A stretch of 53,954 bases of DNA, the filler included, from Sphacelaria rigidula (taxonomy: Eukaryota): assembly GCA_964200075.2 (NCBI GenBank). It is 2 parts of 2 records of this genome, joined end to end, with 100 filler letters (N's around TTAATTAATTAA, not from the genome) between each part and the next. Parts side by side here need not be neighbours in the genome. Positions count along the whole stretch, not along the records: positions 1 to 26,949 come from CAXNAA020000127.1; positions 27,050 to 53,954 come from CAXNAA020000128.1. The stretch is one strand, 5' to 3'. Shown one piece after another: positions 25,561-38,872 of this stretch. The notes beneath the pieces are model-generated. The model saw nothing but the letters and a program-made list of their open reading frames with translations, made no database searches and had not been told where the DNA came from. The position numbers and the translations under genes are program-made. Positions within the stretch are counted from its first letter, which is position 1. The number at the start of each line of letters is the position of its first letter.

Positions 25561-26949
25561 CGTAGTTGCGTAGATCATGTATGCACACTAGGTAAATCAT
25601 TCAGGGTAGAAAAGACACAGGGCTGACAACGTACTGTTCGTTTCTGGACGTGCAAAAAGCTTTCGACATAGTATGGCGAAATGGGCTCTGGAAAGAGTTG
25701 TGGGAAACTGGGATCAGAGAAAAGATGTGGAGAATGGTAAAGAAGATGACAGAATGTGCCAAAAGTGCCACGATACTACACGGGGGAACATCGAAATATT
25801 TCGATATTCTACAAGGAGTTGCACAGGGATGTACGTTATCACCCACTTTATCCAATGTATTCATGAATGACTTGATAACAGCAATAGAAGTAGCAAATCA
25901 AAGAGTCAAGATGGGTGGAGGTGTGATATAAGAGTAGTTGATGTTCGCGGATGGTTTTGTGGGGATTTCAGAAACACCAAAGGATTGCAACAGCAGATAG
26001 ACAAGGCGCTAGAATACACTAGGAGATGGAGAGTGACAGCGAATGTCAGCACATGCGTGGTACTCGTCTGTAACGAAGATAAGAAAAATCCGGCAGAGTT
26101 CAGGTGGAAGTGGGGAGAAGAGAAACTGCCGATTTGTAGACCAGTACACATACCCTGGCGTAGAGATCTGAAAAACTGTTCTTGGGATGCACACATGAAC
26201 AAAGTAATAGAAAGGGGTAAGGCACAGATAGGAAGGATGGACGTGATCCTCAGAGACTCGCACTCAGACACCAGGACTAAGAGATGTATTCTGATGAATG
26301 TGATCGTACCAAAGCTGGATTATGCAGGAGAAGTATGGGAGGGGAACGTGAAGCTGGTGAAGAAGTGAGAAACAGTACAGATGGTAGCAGCTAAGAAGAT
26401 ACTTGAATGCTCGCAAACGACGAGTAATACAGCACTGAGAGCAGAGTTGGGAGTGTACTCACTTGAAACAAAGACATGAGAAAATTGCGATGGCAACATA
26501 ACTTGAAGAACATGCAGAGAAAGAGACTGTCAGCTATAGTTGGTAAGGCTGTATGGAAGAAAAGTACGAAGGGGAAGCCTGGAATAAGGTGGGATAGAGA
26601 AGGCGAGAAAGTAGGGAAGGATATAGGAGGAAACCAAGACGAAATACTGTCCATACGTGAAGGTGCGGGGTACAAAACAAAAGTAAGATACATGATAGAA
26701 ATAAGGGGAAAAGGAGCGCTCAGACGTGAGGTATACGCGAAAATAACCCTGGAGATACACGAGGGGTTGAGAGAAGAGATCGGAATGGAAGCATATTCGC
26801 ATGGCCCCATGAACACGGCGAAAAATATGAAACTGCGATTTCGGGTGGGGGACCTAGACCTACCAGAAAGAAGAAAGAGATATACCAGGAGTCAAAAGGG
26901 GGAGGAAGTAGATGGACAGAACTGCCTCTGTGGCAAAGCAATAGAGAGC
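25561..26949 (+). mobile_element. Degenerate non-LTR (LINE) retrotransposon ORF2: RT domain to C-terminal Zn-knuckle region, with frameshifts and stops
   Basis: RT motifs FLDVQKAFDIVWRNGLW and GVAQGCTLSPTLSNVFMNDL, a frameshifted (M)FAD (atgttcgcggat), ALEYTRRWRVTANVS, IVPKLDYAGEVW, LKLRFRVGDLDL-like segment, and CLCGKAIES ending at the gap. Split over ORFs 25650, 25985 and 26476. Confidence 0.93.
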
Positions 26950-27049
26950 NNNNNNNNNNNNNNNNNNNNNNNNNNNNNNNNNNNNNNNNNNNNTTAATTA
27001 ATTAANNNNNNNNNNNNNNNNNNNNNNNNNNNNNNNNNNNNNNNNNNNN
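26950..27049. other. Artificial scaffold linker: 44 N + TTAATTAATTAA + 44 N
   Basis: Exactly 100 nt. The central 12-mer has stop codons in all six frames. Confidence 0.95.
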
Positions 27050-27082
27050 GGTGGCGGGGTGGCGTGGTTGTCCGCATGGCCA

Positions 27083-27174
27083 TGCATGTCATAGTCATAA
27101 GACCATCGGCCTCGCATCCCTACAAAGCCGGGACGGAGCACGCCGGGTTTTCGCCGGACCAAGGGGGGAGGATT
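27083..27174 (-). repeat. Dispersed repeat fragment, copy 2
   Basis: Reverse-complement match to 6729-6816. Confidence 0.8.
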
Positions 27175-28223
27175 CATGTCAAGCCCATGCAAGTACATAC
27201 CGCCGCACCGCACTATTCCTGTTTTCCCCGGCGCATCCGGTCAACAGGGAAGTTTTTGCAACAAAAAAACCGGCCCACAATCAACGCGAGAACTTGTCGG
27301 GATTTATGTGGGAGGAGAGAATTGGCTATTCACGCTTTTGTAATTATGTAGTTCCGTCTGCACGTCCCGACCATAATGACCTATCACCCTCATCCTCCGA
27401 GCAGTCAAGCAGAACATGCTTCCGCATGAGAAGTGGTGCTGATTCTTGCATGGTGATAGTAAACGCACGTGGGACTGTTTACTTGAAAACGGACATTCGC
27501 GTGTCACCTCCTGATATGTCACACCCAACACATCTGAACCTTCGGGCCCTATTGGTAACTTTTAGTTGCCGCTGGATTCGTAGTACACCCCTCCGAAAAC
27601 CATCAAAGCTGACCGGCAAACTTACAGAGTCCGATCTCCACTACACCGCGGCTCCCACCCCTCGGGCCACGAACAATTATCCACCATTGTCATGATCGTG
27701 GTCGCTTTGCGAGCTGGTTCGTTGGCGATGCCGGTGGCCGCTACAAAATGAAATGAATTCGTGTGCAACAGCAGGGAGAAATGCGGGTGCAGGAATCAGG
27801 ACATAGATCACGACTGACGCTAACTATTTTCCTGGTTTCACCGTTTTCGTACGCATCTTGGTAGTTTCATGTGCAAGACTTGTTTCTTTCCTACCTGTAG
27901 CTGACAGCAGAGTGGATAGAAGGAGTCACGACGGCTAGAACTGGGTGAATGGGTGAAGACTGTTTCCCCCGTAGGACGAGATTGTGAATAAATCATAAGA
28001 CGAAGAAGATCAGAGAGTAACAGGTGATGGTATTGAAATACTCGAGTCACCAAAGCAATAGGCAAAAAATTCCACACTGCATGCAGTACACGTTTCGACA
28101 ATATCATCTCTTGTCCAGGGGGTGAAACACGTGTAACCCTAGCATTTTCCACTACATGCCAATGTCGCAGAACGTTGGTGAATATGTGGAAAGTAAGAAC
28201 CGCCTCAGCACCGAAGAACAAAC

Positions 28224-28385
28224 CTGGTCGTTTGCTTGATGTGATGATGCGGGTTCCGTTCCTTCGTATCCCGTAGCTGATGCGCCGGAAACGTTGTCTT
28301 TTCTGTGCGGTTGTTGTAATCTTCCCCGCTGCTGCTCCTTGGCAATAAGACCGGTTAGGAAGACATCGCTATCCGCCTTAGCATC
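28224..28385 (-). CDS. Isolated phase 0-0 exon candidate of an unresolved minus-strand gene (24-31 kb)
   Basis: tgtgcag|GAT GCT AAG...GAC CAG|gtttgt, 54 codons, DAKADSDVFLTGLIAKEQQRGR.... Other candidate exons end at 30144 (CAG|gtgaat) and lie near 24.7-24.9 kb. Confidence 0.45.
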
Positions 28386-28548
28386 CTGCACATGAGAGTA
28401 AAGGCATCATGGCACAGCAGGAGAGGACACCACGTAACTTCACAAAAGTGTGTATCCTAGAAATTTAATCAAACTCCCATCACAACTCGCCGGTGTCAGG
28501 CCCCGCCTTAACGAGATCAAATAAATGGGAACTCACTGCAATAAGGGG

Positions 28549-28720
28549 ATGAGAACGGCGAACAGCTCACGCGCGGCAATAATTTGACGTTCCGTTTCGC
28601 ATTTTAATGTCATCCTCACGAAGTTAACCGTTCATACCCCTGGAAACGGAGGAAACTTGGATGAGAATGCGAAATGGAAGGTGCGATGGTTGCCACGCGT
28701 GAGCTGTCAGTAATTCTCAT
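28549..28720. mobile_element. Small hairpin MITE-like element of ~170 bp
   Basis: atgagaacggcgaacagctcacgcgcggcaa...ttccgtttcgcatt...tcatcc pairs with ggatgagaatgcgaaatggaa...ttgccacgcgtgagctgt...ttctcat. Confidence 0.7.
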
Positions 28721-31700
28721 TTACGTTTACATGCCCACTTTTCCCCGTCAAGACGGGACGGGACATAAGTGCTGCAAATTGGCAGTCCCCGTAGATGTAT
28801 AAAATACAAGATGGATCTGCAGGTAACCTTAAGACTCTACACCGTGAGGGCATCTGGAGGACGTTAACCAGACCGATGCGGAAGTAAGGTAAAGTTTTAC
28901 GGCCCTGCTAGTGGTCTCGATTGCGGAATCTTAAGCAAATAGTGCTTGTTCACCACGTACGGCACTTGTGTCTTGACCGTGGCGGAAAAGCACGCAGCAT
29001 CCCTCGGTCTTCCTGCACGGCCTATGTCGTGACCTCGAGATGCCAATAGTCGACTAAAGTAATACCCGTGCATGGAATGTTGCTCCTTCCATTAATATAC
29101 TTCCTTCTCTCTTGCAATATCTCCTTATTTTCCCTTATGCTCGTATCCGTGTACGCGTCTACCTCTGTCTCTTTCCGCTCACTTCCTCTACAAGGACAAC
29201 AGCCCGGAAGTCTTCGGAGAGTTCGGAATCGTCCAACTACGACTTCTCTAGACGAATCAATCGCGTACGCGATACATGCGTACGTAGCCCATGAACACGG
29301 CATCAACGTGCAGAACAAGGAGCCGTGGAGCCACGACTTAAGCTGCATCACTCTTGGGCACTGCACCAACGACATGGACAATCGGTTGCGTCCAGAAGAA
29401 TGATGGCGATGGAACAATCGCAGCGTGATACCATCAACTCACGAGCAAGGCGTGCACGAGCTCCCCGTGGATTCCGCCGGACTTGAGCTCTGGGAGAGGT
29501 CCGTGGTCATGCCGCCCCGTAAATCTGCAGCGTGGGCATCACAGTATGCAGGACAATGTGCGGTGAATAGCGCTCCTGTGGACCCCAGCGGATACGTCGA
29601 GTCGCTTCACGACACAGTTCGAAGTTGGCGAGTTTGCTCGCTCTCTCCCGACGGTCGCACTTTAGGCTGCTGGCGCGGTACGTATGCGGACACATGAGTA
29701 GGCCTCGCGGATTGGCGCACTTGAAACGACGCCAAGTGGAAGGTCACCAACCGAGTACGAGATCATTAGTTCGACACAACTTCACCACACGAGCCAGCCC
29801 AGTGACGGCCAAGGACGAAGGAGAAGGTCATCTCATACCCCTTCAACCGTTACCTGTATCGTATGATCCAGTCTTTCTCTAACGTAGGGTTTAGCCATGT
29901 ATAATAAGAACATGTGCAATCATTCATGCAGTACCAGCACAAAAGGAGTGCCAAAGACAAGGCTGGTACGCTGGGTACGTCCCATCCACTGCTCGCCAAT
30001 GTCGCAGTGAACGAAAGTGTACACTCCACCACACTGCAGCGCGTTTTCCGGCGTTGGAATGTTCATACAGCACCCAAGGTGAACGCGGCGCTTGGTACGT
30101 GAGCGATGTACAACACTTAGATCTGAAGTGCGATAGGATTCACCTGTGGTCGAACTTATCATCTACTTGCGGTACAACGTTCGCTCCCCCGGCATGTGTC
30201 TGTGATTCCTGCTCTAGATCATCAGGAGTACCGACCGACCCTGAAAGCTTGTCCTCGGAGGACTTCGGCTCTGATTGGAACCGGTGCACAACTTCACCGC
30301 GAACAGTGAATGTGCTTTGAATACCCACGCCGGATGGCATCGCCCCCGCATCCATTAATAGCCGGTTTTATGGGTGTGTTCACTTCGCTCGTATGCCCCG
30401 CGCGTTGGAATAGATGCTCATGGCCCTCAGACCCGCAGTCAGGTTCACGAATGATTGCGTTTTCCCAAGAAATAGGAACCCAGGGATGAGACAACGAATA
30501 TGGAACAGACAAACAGTCATGTGCAAGGGATCCATATGTGTCACAGTGAATCCAGAGACTGTAAAACATTTAGATGCGGTGTGGATATTATTGGATGATC
30601 TTGCAAAATGACCAGAATCGAACGTCATTTGGAATATAACTCAATTCCCCGCGGAAAACATGAATCTCTCCGCCGAACAGGCGACACCTGCCGTGCTGGC
30701 TGGCCTTCCTAATTACGCGGGCACGGGGCTTGACCAGTGAAGACGGTGTGTCAGGTGCATCGAATGTGGAAGTATGTTGGCGTCAATTACTCTGACGATC
30801 TTATTCCAGCAACGTGCTCGATAAGCTACAACTCGCACATTTCCAAAAAAGGCCAGCTGTCGTGATTGTCGTGGAGTATACTGTTTGCGTTGTCTGTCCC
30901 GTGCACGAGCATCGACAGCGCAACACCTACCCCATGTGACAAGGGACGAGGCCTCTACTGTTTCATGGTATGAGTAAATATTCAAATATCCTATTCCCAC
31001 TCATAGCAAGATGAGGCAACGCTCGTCGATATTTCAACTGAAAATCACTGCGGTGCAAACCCACACAACAGCTACTTCGGCCGTTTGCACTGGTACTGCG
31101 CGGGACGGCATGATGCGGATTGTTACCCAGGTGCTGCGCAGTTGGTGGATAGAAAGCCGGAGCGGGAGGACGAGAAGACATTATCATGGCCAATGAGCCC
31201 TCCGCAGGAGTTGTCTCGCCCGAGGTATGTGCAATATGCATATATAGTCAATGGATAGTCAATGGATATACCCAATAAGCCAGGTGCGTACGGTGAGTAT
31301 CGCACGTCACGAGGTATAACACCCCCCAGTACCATGTGTGTGTTCCGACCTCAACTTTCACAAGTAGAGCAAGCCCCCTGCGCTCTGTACTGATGAAATG
31401 CTCCATTCATCGCAAAATGTTCAATAATGCCACAACTTTTGGCAGCGGAGAATCGAGGTTCAACAATATTGCTTCAAGCATGGGGTACAGTAGCGTTCAC
31501 GGTAATGTACTGTTCTGTCAGTCGCCCTTTCATCCGTTGGTGCTATTGGGTGCAGGCATGTCCATATATGCGTTCGCGCTATTTAAATAGAAGTAGCACC
31601 GGGTGATGGATATCGGTCTGTACCATGTATACGCTGTAAGTGTAGACTTCAGGCTGATTCGCGCTTACCTACCTGAAAACACTCATCCACAAAACGTCAC

Positions 31701-31949
31701 GCCGTTTTCTATTATACTTGCTCTGTCTCAATAGTCTGGGAACTTATGGACTTTTAATTGTTCGCGTATGCACACTATTCCGATCATCCTACAGTTGGGT
31801 TTGTTGGAAAGATGAAGCGCCAACGAAGCTGATGCAGCAAAAAATATTAAAAGTCAGTTGTCCATACTAAAATGAAGTCAAAATATGCCCATTTTGCCCC
31901 TTTTTTGAGAATATTTTTGAGAGCACTAACCGACACTTTTTTTCACCCC

Positions 31950-32192
31950 GCCAGTGTCTTGGTTTTAGTGTGGTTTCTGCAAGTGTCTTGGTTCCAGTGT
32001 GGGTTCAATATTATATTGGTTTTAGTATAGGGGAAAGCGAAATGGATACGTAGGGATTGGGATAGGGCCCTACTGGTGTTTGCTTCGCCCCGCAAGTGTC
32101 TTGTTTTTAGTGTGGGTCACTATTGTACTGGTTTTAGTATGGGGATGCGACATGGATCGTTGAGTACAGGGGGGTTAGGTTTAGGGTTGGGG
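31950..32192. repeat. Degenerate tandem duplication (~113-bp unit, about 2.3 copies) ending in TTAGG-like motifs; likely TE subterminal repeats
   Basis: gcaagtgtctt(g)gttttagtgtggg...tggttttagtat(a)gggga..gcga(a/c)atggat at ~31979 and ~32092, with a partial copy at 31950. Confidence 0.65.
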
Positions 32193-35100
32193 ATAATTCT
32201 TGGGGGTTTTAAGTGTTGTTTTCTCATAGTGCCCCCACTGGAAGGTGGTCAAAATACGGCCATTTTCGGCCTGACTACTTTTTTGTTAGGCGGTAGCCCA
32301 TGCAGGGTAGTGCGCAAGAAAAAAAAATGTGTGTGAACCCAAAAAACGCTCAAGCTTTCGAAAAAGTTATCGCCAAAGACTTCCGAGACCGTTAACGGTC
32401 TCTCCCAACATAAGTTCCCAGACTAATGAGACGGAAGTATAGGGTTTAGACCAACGGTCTGCCGAGAGGAAGGTTCTAACCATGTAGACCCCCCCCCCCC
32501 CCCTACCCGGAGGGCAATTTTTTGAAAGTTGCCTCATATTTGTCTTTTTTTTATCAAAGAGTGTCGAAGAAATTGATCAAGGAACACTGACGAAACCTGA
32601 AAAGTCTGGTGGGCTTCGAGATGTTCGTACAGATATTTATGCTGCTTGCCCGCTCTGTCCCGATGACCTCGGATAACGGCTACGCTCACAACAGGTTGGC
32701 ACACGAGCGCACGGTAGTGACAGCCTGTAGCCAAAGTAGCAACATCATCTCACCCCTTTTCAAACTTGGGGCAGCGGCCGTTCCGAAAGATATATCGGAA
32801 CCTGCGCTGTAGATGGAGCTGCTGAAGGTGAGCTCGGGGGGGACGGGGTGTCTGCCACTTCAGCTCCCTCCATGCCAAGGATCTGCTCACACAGCAGCTG
32901 ATCGCATCCGCCAACTCGTCGGCCATAAACTAAGGGATAATAGGCTGGGTGCCCCCCCCTTCAAAAACTCGATTTTTAAATCTTTGGGCCTACGTGTCCA
33001 GAACTTTTCTCCCGGCAAACCCTTGGTTTGACCCTGAAATTTTGCACGCTTTTGCTATGGGCCATTTTGCAAATTTTGAAGGTCGGGATTCTGTTCCCGT
33101 TGTCCATATGGTAAAAAAAAAGTCGAACAGCAAGAAACCCTCGTCTATCAAAAGTTGCGTAATGACCCACTTTACATTCATGCTAAGGTTCGCGCTCTAA
33201 CTCCTGAAAACGGCGTGAATTTTTGCGCGTATGTGCGATGACGCGAGCTTGAAACGTGCAAACTCCTCACTTCTTGGTTTTAGCATACAGACGTCTCTTT
33301 TGGGCGAATTCAAAGTTGAGGCGAGAAGGACTGTATGCGATTTTCAAGTTTCTTGATCAAACTTTGTACGTGTGTTCCTTGGACTATCCCAAGACGCATC
33401 ACTTTCTTTCTTTTCGTCTGAGGCATCTGTACCGCTTTCCGGGGGTATTCACACTGGGACCCCGGGAGTCGGTAGAGAACGGAGGAAGTTTGAAATATTG
33501 TCCAGAATCAAAATTCACTATGAGGAGCATCAATACCCACGGAACTGCCAACTTTGGGGGCGACCTGAGCTTCTCCACGATATGCGACTATTGAGTAGGT
33601 AGTGTCAAAGGCTTTTGCGGACGACACAATTTTGGGTGATACGCGCGAACCAGCCTGTACTCAGTACGTTTGGTTATGCTTCATCCACAGTTCGATGGAG
33701 GCCTGATATGCGGTGCGGCGGTGTTCGAGCAAAGTAAGGAAATAATCATGATCCATACTGATCATATATCAAGCCCGATATTCCCCAGTCGCCGACTCGA
33801 GGGGAAGTGCCTCCGTCAATAAAGATCAGAACCCATTATATATGCTCGTTAGAACGGCAACTTAAGAGTAGAAGTGCTCGCTACAGGTGGCACGTCGTGC
33901 TCCCAAACTTTTGTCAAACAAATTCCACGCTCGGGGCGCTGAGCACAGCTTCGACAATTTTCGTTCGTTTGAGCATTTTTTTAGGGGAATGCTTCTGAAT
34001 GAGAGTACTCGAAACTACTTTCCAACAAAACAAATCTAGCTCAGCCATGGATAACAGGAAATCTGTGCGAGCACAGAGCACCGAGCAGCTCTCGAAGACT
34101 CGAAACACTTCGAGTGCTTCTACGTCAAAAAAGGGATGGCTCGGTCAGGGCTTAAGATTCGTTGTGGGTTTAACACTGGCCGGCAGTATACTGATCCAAA
34201 ACAAAACCGGAAAAAGTGGCGGGTGTTCATCGGTGCACAGACGGGGCCTTAGAGATAAAAAGGTGCTCCTATGTAAGCTCTCTTGTGCGTAGCTTTTGTG
34301 CAGCAAACAAAGCGCAAGAGATGGTAGTCGATGCGAATGTAACAGTGTGTCCGCTCACCCATGGCTCAAAATCGTCGACGGTTCGTTTTGTCACAGCAGT
34401 TGTTGTGCAGTCTTCGATCTTGTACGTGTGAGTCACCCAGTGTATGTTGTTTCCTGTGAGGACGGCACCCTGCGATCAGCACAGCAGGCTGCAGTACAGC
34501 GGGTCCAGGGTACACCGTAGTACATACAGTATCGCGTGGACATGTAGGAGATTTTGCAAGGGCCGCAAGCGCAAAAATTGGGGCACCACACCTCTCGAAC
34601 CAAAACTCTAGCCCTTGAACGGTGCTACCAGACCTCTGCCGCCTATTCCTTCATGTCACGCATGCCATTTTGCCACTACGAATTGAAATTGTTCCCCCTG
34701 CGGAGCCTTGTTGGTACCGATCGAGCTGTCAATGCCAAGATTATGGTATATGGTGGTGAAGAGTTTGGCCAGACAAGACGCAGTGCGGTAGTGGCACTTC
34801 CGTATTTCTCTGCTATGGTGTGCTGTTCTATCGCTATTTGATGACCCGAACCGAAGAAGAGGGATACGGGAGCCGATCGTGAAAAGCAAAATATGCATAT
34901 TTGTTCTTGCCTCATTGAACTCGTACTGTTTTTGCTTTCCAACATCGCCTGAGCAATTCCGTACGGTATGTCAGGCGTTCATCTAACTTTATATTTGTTT
35001 CGCTGCTGAGCAAATGATGTTTTCTCTCGCCTGGCTGCGATACCAAATGCGTCGTTCCATGTAGACTACGCGCGCGTTTCTGTTGCTCTCGGGCCTATGA

Positions 35101-36404
35101 AGCTACTTCCTGCAATCTTGAAATCCGTTATAGGCCGTACCCCCCCCCCACACACACATCCCCCCCCCTCCACACACTGGTCTTTCTCGACTTTTTTCTG
35201 GAGCGCAGCATACTGGATAGCCAGTATACCCAGCGAGATTTCTATGTGTTATTGGCGGTTGCCATGACTCTTCGTGAGTACTTTCACACGACTTGTCCCC
35301 ACCCGGTATTGCTGTAAGGGCATGGTTCTACAGCCATCGCCCGATAGATACATGATGAAGTGATGCCCGATACAAGATGCTACCCAGAATGAGGTTTTCT
35401 CTTCTGCCGTCGTTTTTCTCGTTGTATTCTCTTATCTCGCGGTCGTAAAAGTTGGATGCCCCCGGTGCATTACCGTTCTCTGCACGCGTTGCCCACAGTT
35501 ATGTTGGTCGGCGTATAAGCACGAGCTGCGAATTCACAGCACAGTGCACCTCGAGCCCCACGCTGGCCACGGCACCACTGGCCTCCCTCAACAGGCGATG
35601 TTCCGCTTTGCTGTGCCACCGAGTGTTCGGCGAAATTCAAGGTTAGTGTTTCTTGTGGAAGGGCTGATAGTGGGAGTTGGGGGGATCATTACCGCTGCCA
35701 ATGCAGTTTTTTATAGCAAACAGGAGGTTGGATCGCGTGCAATGCAGTACACGCAGTCGAGCTTTCGACTTTGGAGATCTCTCCTGCAGAAGCATCCCCA
35801 CATGAAAGTGAGTTCACGAACGCTGTATTCGCAGATACGGACTTGAAACGATTTCCTTTGCGTTCAAAGGGTGGAAAAGACATCAGAGCGCAGTTGATTT
35901 GACAACAGTTGCTATGTTGTCTGGGTATGTTTATTTTGGCATCTGGGTGGTGGATGTGACGTGGGTGATGTACCTCCGGGTGGCGACCAGTGTAGCTCAT
36001 CAAGCTAGCGTGTACTTATGTTCCCCAGCAGCAGCGGTACGTGTGGCAATTACCTCAGTAGGGCTACTACTACTACGAGCTGGGACAGCCTACAAGCGGA
36101 TCCGTAGGTTGTAGGCCCATGCTCACCTCATTTTGAGGGTTGGACTTTCAAATTTGGTACGGGGAATCGCTAGGACATGATTCAAAAACGTAATTTTGGG
36201 CCATTTAGATTTTCCTTCACTTATAATTAGTTGGGTGCATTTTGTTTTTTGCAGTATGATCTTTCGACTCTCCATAATCAATTTCTAATCACAATCTCGA
36301 AATGTGAACTGAGAGGCTGAGTTAGGGGCCAAAAACAACGTCCACTTTTTTCTAAACGTCCTTAACCCATGACAAATAACCCCAAGGTTCTGAACTTTTT
36401 CCTA

Positions 36405-38840
36405 CAATGGCCTAGAAAAGGTATACCTTCTCGTTTTTCGCCTAAAAAAGGTACGCAATATGTCCCGAAACGCGAACACAGCGGAACACGCCATAGAGAC
36501 CGTTTTCGCTCCGATTTGTTTACTCACATCACTCGGACGGCGGGGAGGAGCTTGGCATCCGGGCCTCGCAAAAAAACGGGGAAAACAATATGTTACTCGC
36601 GACATATGGCCACGCGAAAACGGACGTGTCGCCTCCAGAAACCGCTTCCCCTTTCTAGACCAAAACTTCACCAGGCATACCTGGTTCAGGAATACTTTTT
36701 TAGTCCTACCTCATCTGGGTCACCGATCGGCCGAGGACGTACCTGTGCTAGGCCATCGTTTTCTACACTGTACCTGATGCGGCACATCGCGCGCAAGGGA
36801 GCCTACGCGCCGACTTCAACCACGGCGCCCACACATTCGGCTCTTTTCCCGCTCATTTGCCGTTCACGGACGCCTCAACGACCACGCCCCTCTCTTCCCG
36901 GAAATGGTTCTAGAGTCTCCGCATCGACACAATAAGCGGACTCACAACTCGCCGCGCGTCGGTCTTGTGTGATCCGGGGAGTTGTGGAATACCGTACTGT
37001 GGCGATCGTGGGGCTGGTGTGGGGATCAAGCTAGGCTCTTCCGTCCCCGACGGGCGGTTGTCGCATCATCGATGGCTGGTCGAAGCAACGGATACAGCAC
37101 TGGCCGTCACGCATATAAAAATGGGACAGAACAGTAATCGTGTTCAGCACTACAGTACAGAGTAACGTGCGCCCAACGAAAACACTCGCGGAACACACCC
37201 ATCACGTCGATCGGGTCCGTGCATGGCAATCACCAACGGCCAGCGAGAAGTTCTGAATGTGTCCGCAGAAGATACTGTAGTGCTAAATGCTATTACTATT
37301 ATGTCCCTATTTTGATATGCATGACGCGGCCAGTACTGTTATGCCCGTGAATGAAGGCCCTAGCGACCAGGAATCCGTGGGCAACAAACATAAAAAAAAA
37401 ACGCGGAAGAATAATGAAAAATGAAGACGTCATGGACTGATCGGACCTGTGTCGAACCTCTGCCGAACCTCTGCCGAACAGAACACACTTTCCATCCCAA
37501 GTTACCTAGGTTTAGAATGCGACACAGCTATCATGTTTCCATCGCGTTTTTCTCGGGATAGGAAGCAAACCGGCCTGTGGCACTTCACAGCCCCCCGCAC
37601 ACACACTACACCTTGTCAGTGTGACTGCGGAGTTGCTCAATTCGCCACAGCGGATCCGAAAAGCCCCAGAATGTTGAAGGAAACGCGTTTTTTAGTACAT
37701 TATGTGTTCGGCGCAGCGGTTCGCAGAGTGCTGCGGCCTCTGCGGCACGCGTTACGGTATTCCGTCGCTACACTGACTAGTTCTGGTGTGTGGGAAGCGC
37801 ACGTATCAAGCCGCAGTCCAATGCTCAGCTTCGTTGCCGAGAAAACTGCGTTGAAAGATAGACACAGCAACATACTGCAACAAGAGGGGCACAACAACAC
37901 GAGCAGCAGCTTCTATCCTCCTGTCGTTGTAACCCTGTGTACAGGTGTACAGTAACGTCAGTCACAAGTTTGTTGTAGAATGTATTATAGTAATGGTACA
38001 TTTTGTATGAGCGCCGTCGTCGTTTCCAGTGACGCATGTACTTGTGATTGATACTAATTTGTTCATTTAGGTTTCATTTCTTCAGTATTCAACTGAATGT
38101 GTAGTTGGACCGTCCATTTTCTCGATATATAATGCCCAAAATAGGGCCCCATTCACGGGCATAACTGTATCAGTTGCTTGGACCAGCCATCGATGTATCA
38201 TGCGACAACCGCCCGTCGGTGACGGAATAGCCTAGCTTGATCCCCACACCAGCCCCAAGATCGCCACAGTACGGTGTTCCACAACCCCCCGGATCACAAA
38301 ATACCGACGCGCGGCGAGTTGTGAGTCCGCTTATTGTGTCGATGCGGAGAGACTCCAAAACCATTTCCAGGGAGGAAGGGGCGCGGTCGTTGTGGCGTCC
38401 AGATGAGCGGGAAAAGAGCCGAATATGTGGGCGCCGTGGTTGGAGTTGGCGCATAAGCTCCCTTGCGCGCGATGTGCCGCATCAGGTACAGTGTAGAAAA
38501 CGATGGCCTAGCACAGGTACGTTCTCGGCCGATCGGTGGCCCTGATAAGGTACGATTGAAAAAGGAATTCCTGAATCAGATATACCTGGTGAATTTTTGG
38601 TCTAGAAAGGGGAAGCGGTTTCTGGAGGCGACACGTCCGTTTTCGCGTGGCCATATCTCTCGAGTAACACTTTTTTTCCCCGTTTTTTTGCGAGGCCCGG
38701 GTACCAACCCCCCCCCCCCCCCCCCCCCCCCCGCGCCGTGGGTGGGGAAATCCAGGCGGGAAACGGGCCAAAGAGAGTGGCTCCAANNNNNNNNNNTCTC
38801 TCTACCCCCTTTTTTTTCCCTTTTTTTTTCGACCCGCCGG

Positions 38841-38872
<32 letters not shown>

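Noticed and set aside
25294..25626. Proline-rich ORFs (also 38463-39221)
   Set aside because: They span poly-C low-quality sequence and N gaps.
26994..27005. Palindromic TTAATTAATTAA island
   Set aside because: Artificial scaffolding linker; adjacency of the two sides is not guaranteed.
32170..32192. Interstitial telomeric repeat (ggttaggtttagggttggg)
   Set aside because: Only two to three degenerate units, inside a TE-like tandem repeat.
33200..36114. Short hydrophobic ORFs suggesting a membrane-protein gene
   Set aside because: No phase-consistent exon chain or recognisable motif on either strand.
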